Below are positions 17,971 through 28,009 of a stretch of 64,000 nucleotides of DNA, piece by piece. Both the position numbers and the translations under genes were made by a program. The notes under the pieces are model-generated. The model made no database searches and was not told the origin of the DNA. It was given only the letters and a program-made list of their open reading frames with translations. Position 1 is the stretch's first letter; every line of letters starts with the position of its first letter. Location of the stretch: contig CAVVOB010000029.1 of NCBI GenBank assembly GCA_963749655.1, forward strand, positions 25,169-89,168. Direction: 5' to 3'. This DNA comes from Nitrospirota bacterium. GTDB taxonomy: Bacteria > Nitrospirota > UBA9217.

Positions 17971-19800
17971 ATGTACGACAATCGTGTCTTTAAACGGAAC
18001 CTCCGCTGGCTGATCACCCTGCGATGGGTCGGAATCGGGATCGCACTGGTCGTGTCAGCAGCAGCAAAGCGTCTGGGATATATTCCCTCCTCTCTTGCGC
18101 CCTTGTACGGCATCCTGTTGTTTCCGATCCTCTGCAATTTATTGTTTACCTGGCAGATACGCCATGGCCGCGCCGGCAGCTATGGGACCATTCTCGCGCA
18201 GATCTTCGCTGACCAGTTTACGCTTGCCGGACTCGTTTCAATATCGGGGACCTGTCACAGCCCTTTTCTTTTTTTCTTCCTCTTTCATGTGGTCATCAGC
18301 GGCATACTCCTGCCCTATCGCTACACGATCCTGGTCGCGACATGCGCCGCAGCTCTGCCGCTTGCAACAATCGGCATTCGGCATTTCTGGCAGTTTCCTC
18401 ATTATGATCTCTTCAACCACGCGGCGTCCTCGTACGCTGATTGGGACACGATCGTTACGCATGGCGTCGCATTCTGCATCACGCTGACACTGACAACCTA
18501 TTTTTCCGTCTATCTGAGCAGGGAGCTCCAGCGCAGCCGCGAGGATCTTGCGGAAAAAAACGAGAAACTTTCCGTGCTCGTCCAGTCCTCCCGCGCGGCT
18601 GCCTCGCCGCACGAGCGCAACGTGATCGCCACGGAATCTTTTCGGGCCATCCTGAAGGACGAAAAGGCGCGAGCGGAGATCATTCTGCTGGACGACGCTC
18701 CCCCGGGCCCCTCGTGCAGCGATTTCTTCGGCTGCAAGCAGGCGAACTGCCCGGCCTATAAAACGGGAACAAACTGCTGGACGCTGTCGGGAACACACTG
18801 CAGGTCCCATGTCGAGATTTCCGAGCCCTTGCCGGGTCGTCCGGTTGCAATCGCAGGCGCCGGGAACGCCGTCCGGAACCGTTCCGACGACTTGTCGGCA
18901 TGTTTCCACTGCAACTATTTTCTTCAAACAGCCGCGGCGCTTTCATCGAACGACCCGTCTTGCGACGGACCCGGGACGCCGCAGCCGCGGGAAGGCGCCG
19001 AGGCTGTCCGGCTTGCGCTGCGAAACGGGCTCCGCGCGCGTCATCACAGCGGCGGGTTTCAGGCGGTATCGAACGCTGCATTTCCGTTGATGATGCATGA
19101 CAGCCTGTCAGGGCTCCTGTTCATATCCTCTTCCGCAGCAACGATCACCGAGGATATGACCGAGTTCATCACGTTGTTTTCCGAGCTGACGTCATCCGGC
19201 CTCATCGGGTCCAACATGATCGATGCAGTCGAGACCTCCTACCTGCAGACGGTCATGGCCCTGGCAAATGCAATAGAAGCAAAAGATCCCTATACCAAAG
19301 GACACAGTCAGCGGGTCGCTTATTACAGCATCAGGCTGGCCGATGCTTTGGGGCTCACCAAGCAGGAAAAGGAACATTTGAGCTTCGCCGCCATCCTGCA
19401 TGATGTGGGCAAAATAGGTGTGAGCGAGGAAGTGCTGCTCAAAACGGCGCGGCTTACGGGCCAGGAACAGGAGATCATGCGGACCCATCCCGAAATCGGG
19501 GCGCGCATTCTTGAACCGGTACACTTTCTCAAACCGGCCATCTCCGCCATCAAGCACCATCACGAACAATATGACGGATCAGGATATCCGGGAGGGCTGC
19601 AGGGGGCGGAAATACCTTTTAAGGCCAGGATCATCAATGTGGCTGATGCATGGGACGCCATGACCTCCGACCGTGCATACCGCAAGGCGCTTCCCCGGGA
19701 AACGGCAATCCGGGAATTGATGCGCCATGCAGGGAAGCAGTTTGACCGGGAGATCACCGAGGTTTTTGTTGAATTGATCGTGGCGGGGCGCTGCGCGTAA
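17971..19800 (+). CDS. Membrane-anchored HD-GYP phosphodiesterase with an internal Cys-rich domain
   Basis: About 6 N-terminal TMs; 'C..FFGC....CPAY....NCW..SGTHC...C.HC'; 'KDPYTKGHS.RV', 'HDVGK', 'HHE.YDGSGYP'. Confidence 0.85.
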   Translation: MYDNRVFKRNLRWLITLRWVGIGIALVVSAAAKRLGYIPSSLAPLYGILLFPILCNLLFTWQIRHGRAGSYGTILAQIFADQFTLAGLVSISGTCHSPFLFFFLFHVVISGILLPYRYTILVATCAAALPLATIGIRHFWQFPHYDLFNHAASSYADWDTIVTHGVAFCITLTLTTYFSVYLSRELQRSREDLAEKNEKLSVLVQSSRAAASPHERNVIATESFRAILKDEKARAEIILLDDAPPGPSCSDFFGCKQANCPAYKTGTNCWTLSGTHCRSHVEISEPLPGRPVAIAGAGNAVRNRSDDLSACFHCNYFLQTAAALSSNDPSCDGPGTPQPREGAEAVRLALRNGLRARHHSGGFQAVSNAAFPLMMHDSLSGLLFISSSAATITEDMTEFITLFSELTSSGLIGSNMIDAVETSYLQTVMALANAIEAKDPYTKGHSQRVAYYSIRLADALGLTKQEKEHLSFAAILHDVGKIGVSEEVLLKTARLTGQEQEIMRTHPEIGARILEPVHFLKPAISAIKHHHEQYDGSGYPGGLQGAEIPFKARIINVADAWDAMTSDRAYRKALPRETAIRELMRHAGKQFDREITEVFVELIVAGRCA

Positions 19801-19851
19801 CCAACCAGAGGACAGTACGTTCGTTCCGCCCGGATCGGGAACGCGCCGCGA

Positions 19852-20397
19852 CTACAGCCAGTATTCTGGATACCGTCTGTGCTTGGCGAGGTTATTGACG
19901 AGCAGGGCTATCAGCAGCAGGATGACTGCGCCTGCGCCGGCGGGAACAAAAGCGTACAGGAAGCCGAGGTCATGGATCTTGGGCCCGCCGATGACGGCGA
20001 TCAGGGCCGTAGCCCCGCCCGGCGGGTGAAGGGTCCTTGTGGCAAGCATGGCCACGATGGCGAGTGAAACGGAAAAAGAGGCAGCGAGCCAGAGCGTGTC
20101 GCCGAAGAGTTTATAACACGCCACACCGATGAGACCGGAAAGTACATGGCCGCCGACGAGGTTTCTCGGTTGGGCCAGGGGGCTCTTGATCGCGGCATAG
20201 ACCAGGACCGCCGAAGCGCCGAAGGATCCGATGAACAGGGAGAGGTCCCGGGGCTCGAAAAAGCGGGACGACAGATATCCGCAGAGCCCGATCCCGATAA
20301 CGGCGCCCATCCAGGACCATACCAGCTCCTGAACCGGTCCCGCGGGAGGACTCTGGCCCCCGCCTTTCATCTTTACAAGATAGTCGTTGATCGTCAT
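19852..20397 (-). CDS. HPP-family membrane protein
   Basis: 'SFGASAVL', 'SPLAQPRNLVGGH', 'HPPGGA'. Confidence 0.92.
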   Translation of the reverse strand: MTINDYLVKMKGGGQSPPAGPVQELVWSWMGAVIGIGLCGYLSSRFFEPRDLSLFIGSFGASAVLVYAAIKSPLAQPRNLVGGHVLSGLIGVACYKLFGDTLWLAASFSVSLAIVAMLATRTLHPPGGATALIAVIGGPKIHDLGFLYAFVPAGAGAVILLLIALLVNNLAKHRRYPEYWL

Positions 20398-20422
20398 GAC
20401 GAAGCCCGGCGCATCCCTTTCC

Positions 20423-21016
20423 TTACGGCTGTTTCTTCCCGATCGCCCTCACAATATCGGCCCGTGAAATAATGCCGATGATCCTTCCTTCGTCGTCCAC
20501 GACCGGCAGCCGTTTGATCCTTTTCTCATCGAGGATCTTTGCCACGTCCGAAACATCGTCGTCGGCCTTGCTGGTTATGGGCGGGAAACTCATGACGTCC
20601 TGAACTTTCTCGCCGCCTTTCCGGGCGGCAAGGGGCTCTCCCAGGATATTGCGCAGAATGTCCCTGAACGTATGCCCCTGCTTCATGCCCGCGAGCACGA
20701 GGACGTCCGCCTCGCTGATGACGCCGATGACCCGCTTGTTTTCGTCGACAACGGGCATGCCGCTGATGCGATTTTCGGACAGCAGCCGGGCCGCTTCATG
20801 AAGGTCGGTGTCCGGGGTCGTGGTAACGACGTTGACCGTCATGACCTCATCGACGAAAATGCGCGAGGCCGCCCTGTCCCGGGCATGACGGAGCGCGATC
20901 TCGAAGATCTTCTTCAGGTCTTCCTCGGTCACGTCCACATAGGTCCGCATTTCCTGCAGCGCGGCCCTGAGATCGTTCTGCGACAGGGAGCATTCATCGT
21001 CCTGTCGTTTTTTCAT
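20423..21016 (-). CDS. CBS-pair protein
   Basis: 'ISGMPVVD...GVISEAD', 'IKRLPVVD...GIISRAD'. Confidence 0.9.
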   Translation of the reverse strand: MKKRQDDECSLSQNDLRAALQEMRTYVDVTEEDLKKIFEIALRHARDRAASRIFVDEVMTVNVVTTTPDTDLHEAARLLSENRISGMPVVDENKRVIGVISEADVLVLAGMKQGHTFRDILRNILGEPLAARKGGEKVQDVMSFPPITSKADDDVSDVAKILDEKRIKRLPVVDDEGRIIGIISRADIVRAIGKKQP

Positions 21017-21064
21017 GGTTACCTCCGGCGTGAAAGCAGTATACCAGCAGGGGGAGAGCGGAAG

Positions 21065-21080
21065 TATGAGCTGGATCATA
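21065..21080. promoter_or_regulatory. Crp/Fnr-type site TATGA-N6-TCATA
   Basis: TATGAGCTGGATCATA within AGTATGA...TCATACT, about 50 bp upstream of the CBS gene. Confidence 0.6.
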
Positions 21081-21094
21081 CTCGGACCGCAGCT

Positions 21095-21991
21095 TTACTT
21101 TTCGCGCTCCTCTGCTTTGGCCACGATCCAATACACGAACCCGATGACCAGGATCGCCGCGATAAGGTAGTACACCGACTCCGGCTTCTCGTGCTTGAGC
21201 GTGGCGATCATGGTTTCCCTGATCATGGTCACCAGCGCCACGCCCACGAACACGCTGATGTGGAACTTGCCTCCCTTGAGGTGGGAGATCTCCGTGTTCA
21301 TGAGCTCTATCATGAGCCAGAGCAGCAGCATGGACCCGAGGGCTGAGATGATACCGCGCTCCACGTCGCCCGAGAGCAGGCGCATGACATCTTCGACGAA
21401 AAGCCATACCACGCCGATCGTCAACCCGATAAGCGCAAGCACCAGCAGGAGGTTCGTGGTCTGGGAAAAACGCTCGGCAAAGGTAACGAGGGCGCTTTTC
21501 ACTTTATAGACAGGCGAATAGGTCCTGATCTCCTCCTCGATATAGGAGGTCGTGATGACGTCGAGGCTGATATCCAGGATCTTGCCCACCGTGATGATCC
21601 TGTTCGTGATCTCGGCCCTTTCCTCGTCCAGGTTCTGGAGTATGCCGATGCAGGCGTTCTTGACCAGGTTGACGGCCCGGTTCATATAGTGGGCGTCCAC
21701 CTTGTGCTGCACGTGGGTAGCGCCTATTCTGATCAGCTTCTCGTAATACCGGTTGTCGTAGCTCCCGGAGAAAAGATCGAGGAACCACTCCCGCTGGGCC
21801 CCGAAGACATGCTTCTTGCGCGATTCTTCGGTGAAGAACTGGGCCGCCCCCTTCGTGCCCATGATCCAGAGGCTGAGCGTGCCCATGATCTCGTCGGCAT
21901 GCTCTTCCATGAGAGGACGGAGTCCGGCCAGCCGCTCTTCGTCCTCAATGGTGAAGCGGTAGTCATGCTTGATGTCCCGAAAAGCCCTCAT
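21095..21991 (-). CDS. Protoglobin domain fused to a PsiE-like membrane domain
   Basis: 'FT.EDE..L', 'W..DLFSG.YD..Y..KL.RIG.THV'; C-terminal 4 TM with 'VALVTMIRE'. Confidence 0.8.
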   Translation of the reverse strand: MRAFRDIKHDYRFTIEDEERLAGLRPLMEEHADEIMGTLSLWIMGTKGAAQFFTEESRKKHVFGAQREWFLDLFSGSYDNRYYEKLIRIGATHVQHKVDAHYMNRAVNLVKNACIGILQNLDEERAEITNRIITVGKILDISLDVITTSYIEEEIRTYSPVYKVKSALVTFAERFSQTTNLLLVLALIGLTIGVVWLFVEDVMRLLSGDVERGIISALGSMLLLWLMIELMNTEISHLKGGKFHISVFVGVALVTMIRETMIATLKHEKPESVYYLIAAILVIGFVYWIVAKAEEREK

Positions 21992-22040
21992 TCGATGGCG
22001 CCTCCTTAAGATTTCTCCGGCAGAGACCGCGTACGGAAGA

Positions 22041-22229
22041 CTACCCGCTCCACGAGATCGCCTGGACCGGACAGGTGTCGATGGCCTCCTGGCAGTCGCA
22101 GGTTCCACACTTGCCCGGCCCGATGACCTCTGATTTTTCATCCACCAGCTCGAAAACCTCAGGACAGACCTCAGTGCAGTGCCCGCAGCCGATGCAGAGG
22201 TCCTGATCCACGACCGGTTTTTTGGCCAT
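22041..22229 (-). CDS. Ferredoxin (single [4Fe-4S])
   Basis: 'CIGCGHC...CP' and 'CPVQAI'. Confidence 0.9.
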   Translation of the reverse strand: MAKKPVVDQDLCIGCGHCTEVCPEVFELVDEKSEVIGPGKCGTCDCQEAIDTCPVQAISWSG

Positions 22230-22239
22230 GCCGTTCTCC

Positions 22240-23574
22240 TTACGCCGCAGTTCTGCGGGCGGGCCGCAGGAACAGCAGGTCTACAACCATGATCAGCACC
22301 CCGGTAAGAAAGAAGAACCCGAGAACGAACGTGACGAGCAGCCAGAGCCGCATATAGGACTGGGTCGCCATGTAACCGATACCGAGCACACGCTCAAGAT
22401 ACGACTGCACCACGCCGGCAATGCCGAAGGAAAGCCCCATCAGCATCATGGCGGTGGACATGGTCCAGAACGCCGCTTTGCCGCGCGAGGGGTCGTAGAC
22501 CTCGATCCCCTTGATCTTCGGCATGGCGTAGTAGAACACCATGATGTTCAGGAGCGCATAGGCCCCGAAGAACGCAAGGTGGCCGTGGGAGACCGTCACC
22601 TGGGAGCCGTGGGTATAGTAGTTGATCTGCGGCAGCGTATGCATGAAGCCCCATACGCCGGCGCCGATCATATGCATCACCGCACAGCCGATGGCAATGG
22701 TCCAGGTAAGCGGATTGACGATCTTTACCTGGCGGTGCTTGACATGGTTCATCGTGTCGATGAGCATCAGCAGGATCGGGACCGGTTCAAGGGCCGAGAA
22801 TATGCCGCCGATCCAGAGCCAGTAGTGCGGCGCGCCGATCCAGTAGTAGTGATGCCCTGTCCCGGCGATCCCGGTAAAGAGGAAGAGTCCGATCTCCACG
22901 TACAGCCACTTCTCCACAACCTGGCGGTCGACGCCCGTAAGCTTCATCAGGACAAAGGCGAAAATAGCGGCGGTTACGAGCTCCCAGGCCCCTTCCACCC
23001 AGAGATGGATGACCCACCACCAGTAGTACCAGTCGATCACTTCATTCTTGTAGAACGGTATGCCGAAAAGATACAGGAGCGCGAGAAACAGCAGCCCTCC
23101 CAGGAGCGTGCCCTGGATCGCGGTCCAGCGGTTTGCCTTGTACATGGTCATCCCCACGTTGAAAAGAAAAACAAGGGCGCCGACGACGACCACGAGATCG
23201 AGGGTCGTCGGGATCTCGAGAAGCGGCCTTCCCTGGGTCCAGCCGAAGAGGAAGCCGACGAGGGCCGCCACGCCGGTCGTCACCAGAGCGATGAGCTGGA
23301 ACCATGCAAGGTTCGGCGAGTAGATCTCGCTCCGCGTTTCCTCGGGGACGATGTAATAAGTCCCTCCCATGAACCCAAGGAGCATCCAGAGGACGAGGAG
23401 GTTGGTATGCATGGCACGCGCCGTGGCAAAGGGGAAGACGTCCACGATGCTCTGCGGCACGGTAAAGCTGTAATTAAAGGCAAGCCACAGCCCCATGACG
23501 ACCTGGAGAGCGAACAGGAGCAGGGCAACGGCAAAATACCAGTAGGCGATCTTCTGTGAGCGGGGGTATTCCAT
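22240..23574 (-). CDS. norB: Nitric oxide reductase large subunit (cNOR)
   Basis: 'HTNLL', 'WWVIHLWVEG', 'GTGHHY', 'SALEP', 'HGHLAFFGAY'. Confidence 0.92.
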   Translation of the reverse strand: MEYPRSQKIAYWYFAVALLLFALQVVMGLWLAFNYSFTVPQSIVDVFPFATARAMHTNLLVLWMLLGFMGGTYYIVPEETRSEIYSPNLAWFQLIALVTTGVAALVGFLFGWTQGRPLLEIPTTLDLVVVVGALVFLFNVGMTMYKANRWTAIQGTLLGGLLFLALLYLFGIPFYKNEVIDWYYWWWVIHLWVEGAWELVTAAIFAFVLMKLTGVDRQVVEKWLYVEIGLFLFTGIAGTGHHYYWIGAPHYWLWIGGIFSALEPVPILLMLIDTMNHVKHRQVKIVNPLTWTIAIGCAVMHMIGAGVWGFMHTLPQINYYTHGSQVTVSHGHLAFFGAYALLNIMVFYYAMPKIKGIEVYDPSRGKAAFWTMSTAMMLMGLSFGIAGVVQSYLERVLGIGYMATQSYMRLWLLVTFVLGFFFLTGVLIMVVDLLFLRPARRTAA

Positions 23575-23583
23575 GCTGACCTC

Positions 23584-24286
23584 CTATTTTAAATTGGACA
23601 GAAAACCGGCGACCTCTTCCCGTTCCTTGTCCGAAAGTTCTTTCTGCGCCGGCATCAGGGCCTTCGGATTCACGGCCTTGGGGTTCGCGATATAGTGCTC
23701 GATCTGCTCCTTGCTGAGCTTCCTGCCGATCGTATCCAGGGCCGGACCGAAGGTCCCGCCGGTCCCGTGCAGTGAATGGCAATTCATGCAGCCCCGGCTC
23801 TGGAATACCGCAGCGCCCGGAGACACCCCCGCGCTCGCGACCATCCGTTCTTCACCTGCGGGAGAGGCGCTTCTTGCTGTCCTGAGGCGGCCAGTCGCCG
23901 TTCTCCACATTGCCGACCCAGGTAAAGAAAGCGATGAGGTTGTCGATCTCGGCGTCGGAAACATGCTCGTTCGGCATCTTGCGCCACGAGGCGGCAAAGG
24001 CCTTTTCCGGGCTCTTCACCCGGATGCGGATGCCGTCCTCGCCGACCCGCTGGACGACCTTGGTGAGGTCCGGTGCATAGTATGCGCCGAATCCGAGGAT
24101 CGTATGACAATCATTGCAGTTGTACTTTTCAAAGGCCCGCTTTCCCGCGACCACCTTGTCCGAAAGATTGTCGACATGAGACAGGGTCTCGACCTGGCGA
24201 TGGGTGTCCCAGGTCAGGCCGAGAAACAATAAGGCCGAAGAAAGAGTACCCAGAAAAAAAATCCAAAAGGCAGTTTTCTTTGACAT
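23584..24286 (-). CDS. norC: NO reductase cytochrome c subunit with a second heme-c domain (frameshift ~23860)
   Basis: N-terminal TM, 'CNDCHTILG.GAYYAPDLT', 'WPP'; the second frame gives 'CMNCH...GPALD...LMP'. Confidence 0.82.
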
Positions 24287-24333
24287 CCTGCACCTCCTTC
24301 ACGATTAAAGATGATCATGCGCGAAAGCCTGCA

Positions 24334-24492
24334 TTACTCCTTTACAAAGGCATCCTTGGTCGCCCCGCAGACCGGGCATACCCACGTGTCGGGGATCTTT
24401 TCAAAAGGCGTTCCCGGCGCAATACCTCCGTCAGGATCGCCGACAGCCGGATCGTAGACCCAGTCGCATACGGTGCATCTCCATTTGTCCAT
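24334..24492 (-). CDS. Rubredoxin
   Basis: '[30 protein letters not shown]'; GAGGAGG SD. Confidence 0.95.
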   Translation of the reverse strand: MDKWRCTVCDWVYDPAVGDPDGGIAPGTPFEKIPDTWVCPVCGATKDAFVKE

Positions 24493-24723
24493 GGAATACC
24501 TCCTCGGGAATATCGGGAAATATGAAATATATTGAAATTTGCAGTTTGTTACGATTCGGCTGAAGCAGTTTATAAAAATGATGCGTCCGGACGATAGTAT
24601 CAATATACCATAGGAAAAAGGGGCTTGGGCACAAGGGGCGGAATTTGCAGGTACGGAAACGTTCCGAACCGATCCTATATGGATTTAGTCGTGCAGATGC
24701 GCTTCAGCCCTTAGAGCCTGGAT

Positions 24724-25836
24724 TTATCCGAGACGTTTTCTGAACCTGAAGGCACTGAACCAGATGACGGCGACTCCCAGTATGAGCAGCCCGGCCATCT
24801 GGGGCCAGAGGATGGAAAGCCCGTTCCCTTTCAGGAAGAGGCCCCTGATGATGACCAAAAAAAAGCGGAGGGGGTTTGCAAATGTCAGGTACTGAAAGAA
24901 GTCGGGCATGTTTTCGATGGGAAACATGAATCCCGACAGGAGCACGGCAGGCATATAGAACAGAAAACCCGCCATGAGCGCCTGCTGCTGGGTGCGGGCG
25001 ATGGTGGAAATAAAAAGGCCGATGCCGAGCACCGAGAGAAGGTAAATAGCTGTGGACAGCGGCAGCAGCACCAACGAGCCCCTTATCGGGATGTTGAATA
25101 TCAGGACGCCGAAGACGGTAATGAGCGCCATGTCCAGGAAGCCGATGATAGCGAACGGAATGGTCTTGCCGAGGATGAGCTCCAGGGGCGTAAGCGGCGT
25201 GACCATAAGCTGTTCCATGGTGCCGACTTCGCGCTCCCGCACGATTGCCATGGACGTGAGCAGGAGCGACGTAAGCATGATCACCATGGCGATGACGCCG
25301 GGAACATTGTAATTCTTGCTCTTGAGTTCGGGATTGTACCAGGCCCGCGTCCGTACGTCCAGGGGGAGCGGCCGACCTCCGCCTGCCTTGTCCGCTGCGA
25401 ATTGCCCGATGATCCTGCTTGCGTAATCCATGGCAACGGTGGCGGTGTTCGAATCCGTCCCGTCGACGATGACCTGAATGGTCGTCGGCTTCCTGCGGCG
25501 GAGGTCTGCGGAAAAACCGCGGTTGATCTGGATGGCCATGGTCGCTCTGCCGCGGTCGAGAAGGTCTTGCAGGGCTGCTGCTGAGTCAGGCCGCGAGGTT
25601 ATGCGAAAATAGCCCGAAGCGGTCATCCGCTGGACAAGCTCCCTGCTTTCCTGGGATCGGTCGAGGTCATAGATCGCCGTGGGAACGTTGTTCACGTCGG
25701 TCGTGACCGCGTAGCCGAAAACCAGGGTCTGCAGAAACGGGACCACAAAGACGATGGCCTTCATGCGGCGGTCCCGGAGGATGTGGATGAACTCCTTGAT
25801 GACCATCTGTTTTATGCGTTCAATGCTTTTGCGCAT
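24724..25836 (-). CDS. ABC-2 type permease
   Basis: 'SMAIVREREVGTMEQL.VTP', 'LLSGFMFPIENMP'. Confidence 0.9.
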   Translation of the reverse strand: MRKSIERIKQMVIKEFIHILRDRRMKAIVFVVPFLQTLVFGYAVTTDVNNVPTAIYDLDRSQESRELVQRMTASGYFRITSRPDSAAALQDLLDRGRATMAIQINRGFSADLRRRKPTTIQVIVDGTDSNTATVAMDYASRIIGQFAADKAGGGRPLPLDVRTRAWYNPELKSKNYNVPGVIAMVIMLTSLLLTSMAIVREREVGTMEQLMVTPLTPLELILGKTIPFAIIGFLDMALITVFGVLIFNIPIRGSLVLLPLSTAIYLLSVLGIGLFISTIARTQQQALMAGFLFYMPAVLLSGFMFPIENMPDFFQYLTFANPLRFFLVIIRGLFLKGNGLSILWPQMAGLLILGVAVIWFSAFRFRKRLG

Positions 25837-25855
25837 GCGCTGCTCCGTTTTACTG

Positions 25856-26965
25856 CTACACGATCTTTTTCTTGAACTTCCTGTTGGCAACGGCGAAAAT
25901 GAACGCCGCGAAGGCCGTCAGAAAGAGCGCTTCAGTCGTTAGAAACTTGAGCGTGCTTCCCTTTAAAAAGATCCCCTTGACCACGGTCACATAGTAGCGC
26001 GCCGGAATGATCCGCGTCATGAACTGCAGGGGCGTGGGCATGTTCGAGATGGCGAACATGAAGCCCGAAAGCAGAAAAGCCGGAAGAAAGGTCGCCACCA
26101 TCGAGATCTGGCTGGCCACGAGCTGGGACTTGGCGACAACGGAAATGACGATGCCGAGCCCCAGGCCGCCGAAGAGGAAGATGCCCGACAGCAGGGCGAG
26201 CAGAAAAAGGTTCCCCCGCAGGGGTACGCCGAAGAGCGTGGTCGCCATCAGGACCGAAACAGCGACATCGATGAATCCGATCAAAAAATAGGGGATCAGC
26301 TTCCCGAGGATCAGTTCCGGCGGTTTGACCGGCGTTGCAATGAGCTGCTCCATGGTCCCCCGCTCCCACTCCCGTGCGATCGTGAGCGAGGTGAGCAGCG
26401 CGGCGATCACCACCATGATCACGGCGATGAGCCCCGGAATGATGAAGTGCTGCGACTTGAGCTCGGGATTGTACCAGACACGGACCCGGGGATCGATCAG
26501 CGGAACAATTTTTACGTTGGCCAGTCTTTCTGCGTAGAGATTGGTAAAAGCCGTCATGTAACCCAGGGCGATCGTCGCCGTGTTCGAGTCGCTTCCGTCC
26601 ACGATGACCTGACGGGACGCCGTCCTGCTCGTCCTGATGTCGCGGGAGAAATGTTCGGGAATGGAAACCGCTACTCGCGCTTTGCCCGAGTCGAGATAGT
26701 CGTCAATCTCGCGCCCGTCTTCGGCAGAGCGGACAACGGTGAAATAACCCGACGCGCTCAGCGCAGCCACGAGTTCCCTGCTGGTGCTGCTCCGGTCGCG
26801 GTCGTACACAATGGTCGTGAGCCGGTTCACATCGAGGGTGATGGCGTACCCGAAAATGAACAGCAGCATCGCAGGCATGGCAAAGGCCATGGCCAGGCTC
26901 AGCGGATCCCGCCGGATCTGGATCAGCTCTTTTTGTACGATGGCTTTGATGCGAAGTAGTTTCAT
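25856..26965 (-). CDS. ABC-2 type permease
   Basis: 'IAREWERGTMEQLIATP'. Confidence 0.9.
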   Translation of the reverse strand: MKLLRIKAIVQKELIQIRRDPLSLAMAFAMPAMLLFIFGYAITLDVNRLTTIVYDRDRSSTSRELVAALSASGYFTVVRSAEDGREIDDYLDSGKARVAVSIPEHFSRDIRTSRTASRQVIVDGSDSNTATIALGYMTAFTNLYAERLANVKIVPLIDPRVRVWYNPELKSQHFIIPGLIAVIMVVIAALLTSLTIAREWERGTMEQLIATPVKPPELILGKLIPYFLIGFIDVAVSVLMATTLFGVPLRGNLFLLALLSGIFLFGGLGLGIVISVVAKSQLVASQISMVATFLPAFLLSGFMFAISNMPTPLQFMTRIIPARYYVTVVKGIFLKGSTLKFLTTEALFLTAFAAFIFAVANRKFKKKIV

Positions 26966-27026
26966 ATTTAATTCAGTGAGGAGTAAGGAGTGAGGTGGAA
27001 GGTGAAAAGGAATCAGGGAAGAGACC

Positions 27027-27072
<46 letters not shown>

Positions 27073-27074
27073 CT

Positions 27075-28009
27075 TCACGATACCTCAATCAACGTCACAA
27101 ACACATCCTCGAGCGACGGCACGATCTTCTCTATTCTTCTGACATTAATGCCCGCGCCCTCCAGGTGCCGGCGAATCAGGGGCTCGGCTGCTGCGGCGTT
27201 TTCCACTGTCGCATGGAGCACGCTCCCGAAAATCGCTGATTCGATATTATTCCTGTTCAACAGGTCCATCGCATCGACGACGCGGTCCGCGTCGATTTCC
27301 AGCACGTCCCTGGTCATGTACTTCAATTTGAGCTCGTTCGGTGTGCCTTCGGCAATGATCCTGCCGCGGTAAATGAGCCCCAGCCGGTCACAGTAATCCG
27401 CCTCGTCCATATAGTGCGTCGTAACAAAGACCGTGGTCCCTGCCTGGGACATTTCATAGATCATGGTCCAGAAGTTGCGGCGCGAAACCGGGTCCACACC
27501 CGAAGTGGGCTCGTCGAGGAACAGGATCGGCGGTTCGTGCAGCACGGCGCAACCCAGGGCCAGCCGCTGTTTGAAGCCGCCGGGAAGCGTCCTCGTAACG
27601 GAGCCCCTTTTGTCTTCAAGGCCCGCCATGGACAGGACCCATCTTTTCCGCTCGTCTTTTCTCGAATCGGGCACCGAGTAGATGCCGCTGTAGAAGTTGA
27701 TGTTCTCGTCGACCGTCAGATCGTCATAGAGCGAAAACTTCTGCGACATGTAGCCGATGGTCTTCTTGATTTCCTCGGATTGCTTGATGATGTCATAACC
27801 GCCTACGGTCCCGCTTCCGCCTGAAGGCAAAAGCAGGCCGCAGAGCATCTTGATCGTTGTCGACTTTCCCGCTCCGTTCGGCCCGAGGAAACCGAAGATC
27901 TCGCCTTTCCTGACTTCGAGGTCGATCCGGTCCACGGCAATGAAATCACCGAACGTGCGGGTGAGACCCTTAACTGTGACTGCAGATCGCTGTTATGATT
28001 TATGGTCAT
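27075..28009 (-). CDS. ABC transporter ATP-binding protein (probable frameshift ~27990)
   Basis: 'GPNGAGKST', 'LFLDEPTSGVD'; N-terminal 'AVTVKGLTRTFGDF' lies upstream of the called start. Confidence 0.88.

Noticed and set aside
23852-23854. norC UGA as a selenocysteine codon
   Set aside because: The downstream cytochrome domain is in a different frame, so a 1-nt indel explains it.
24559-24574. Fourth Crp/Fnr-type site upstream of rubredoxin-norC (GCTGA-N6-TTATA)
   Set aside because: Only 7/10 match in an AT-rich region; too weak without a PWM.
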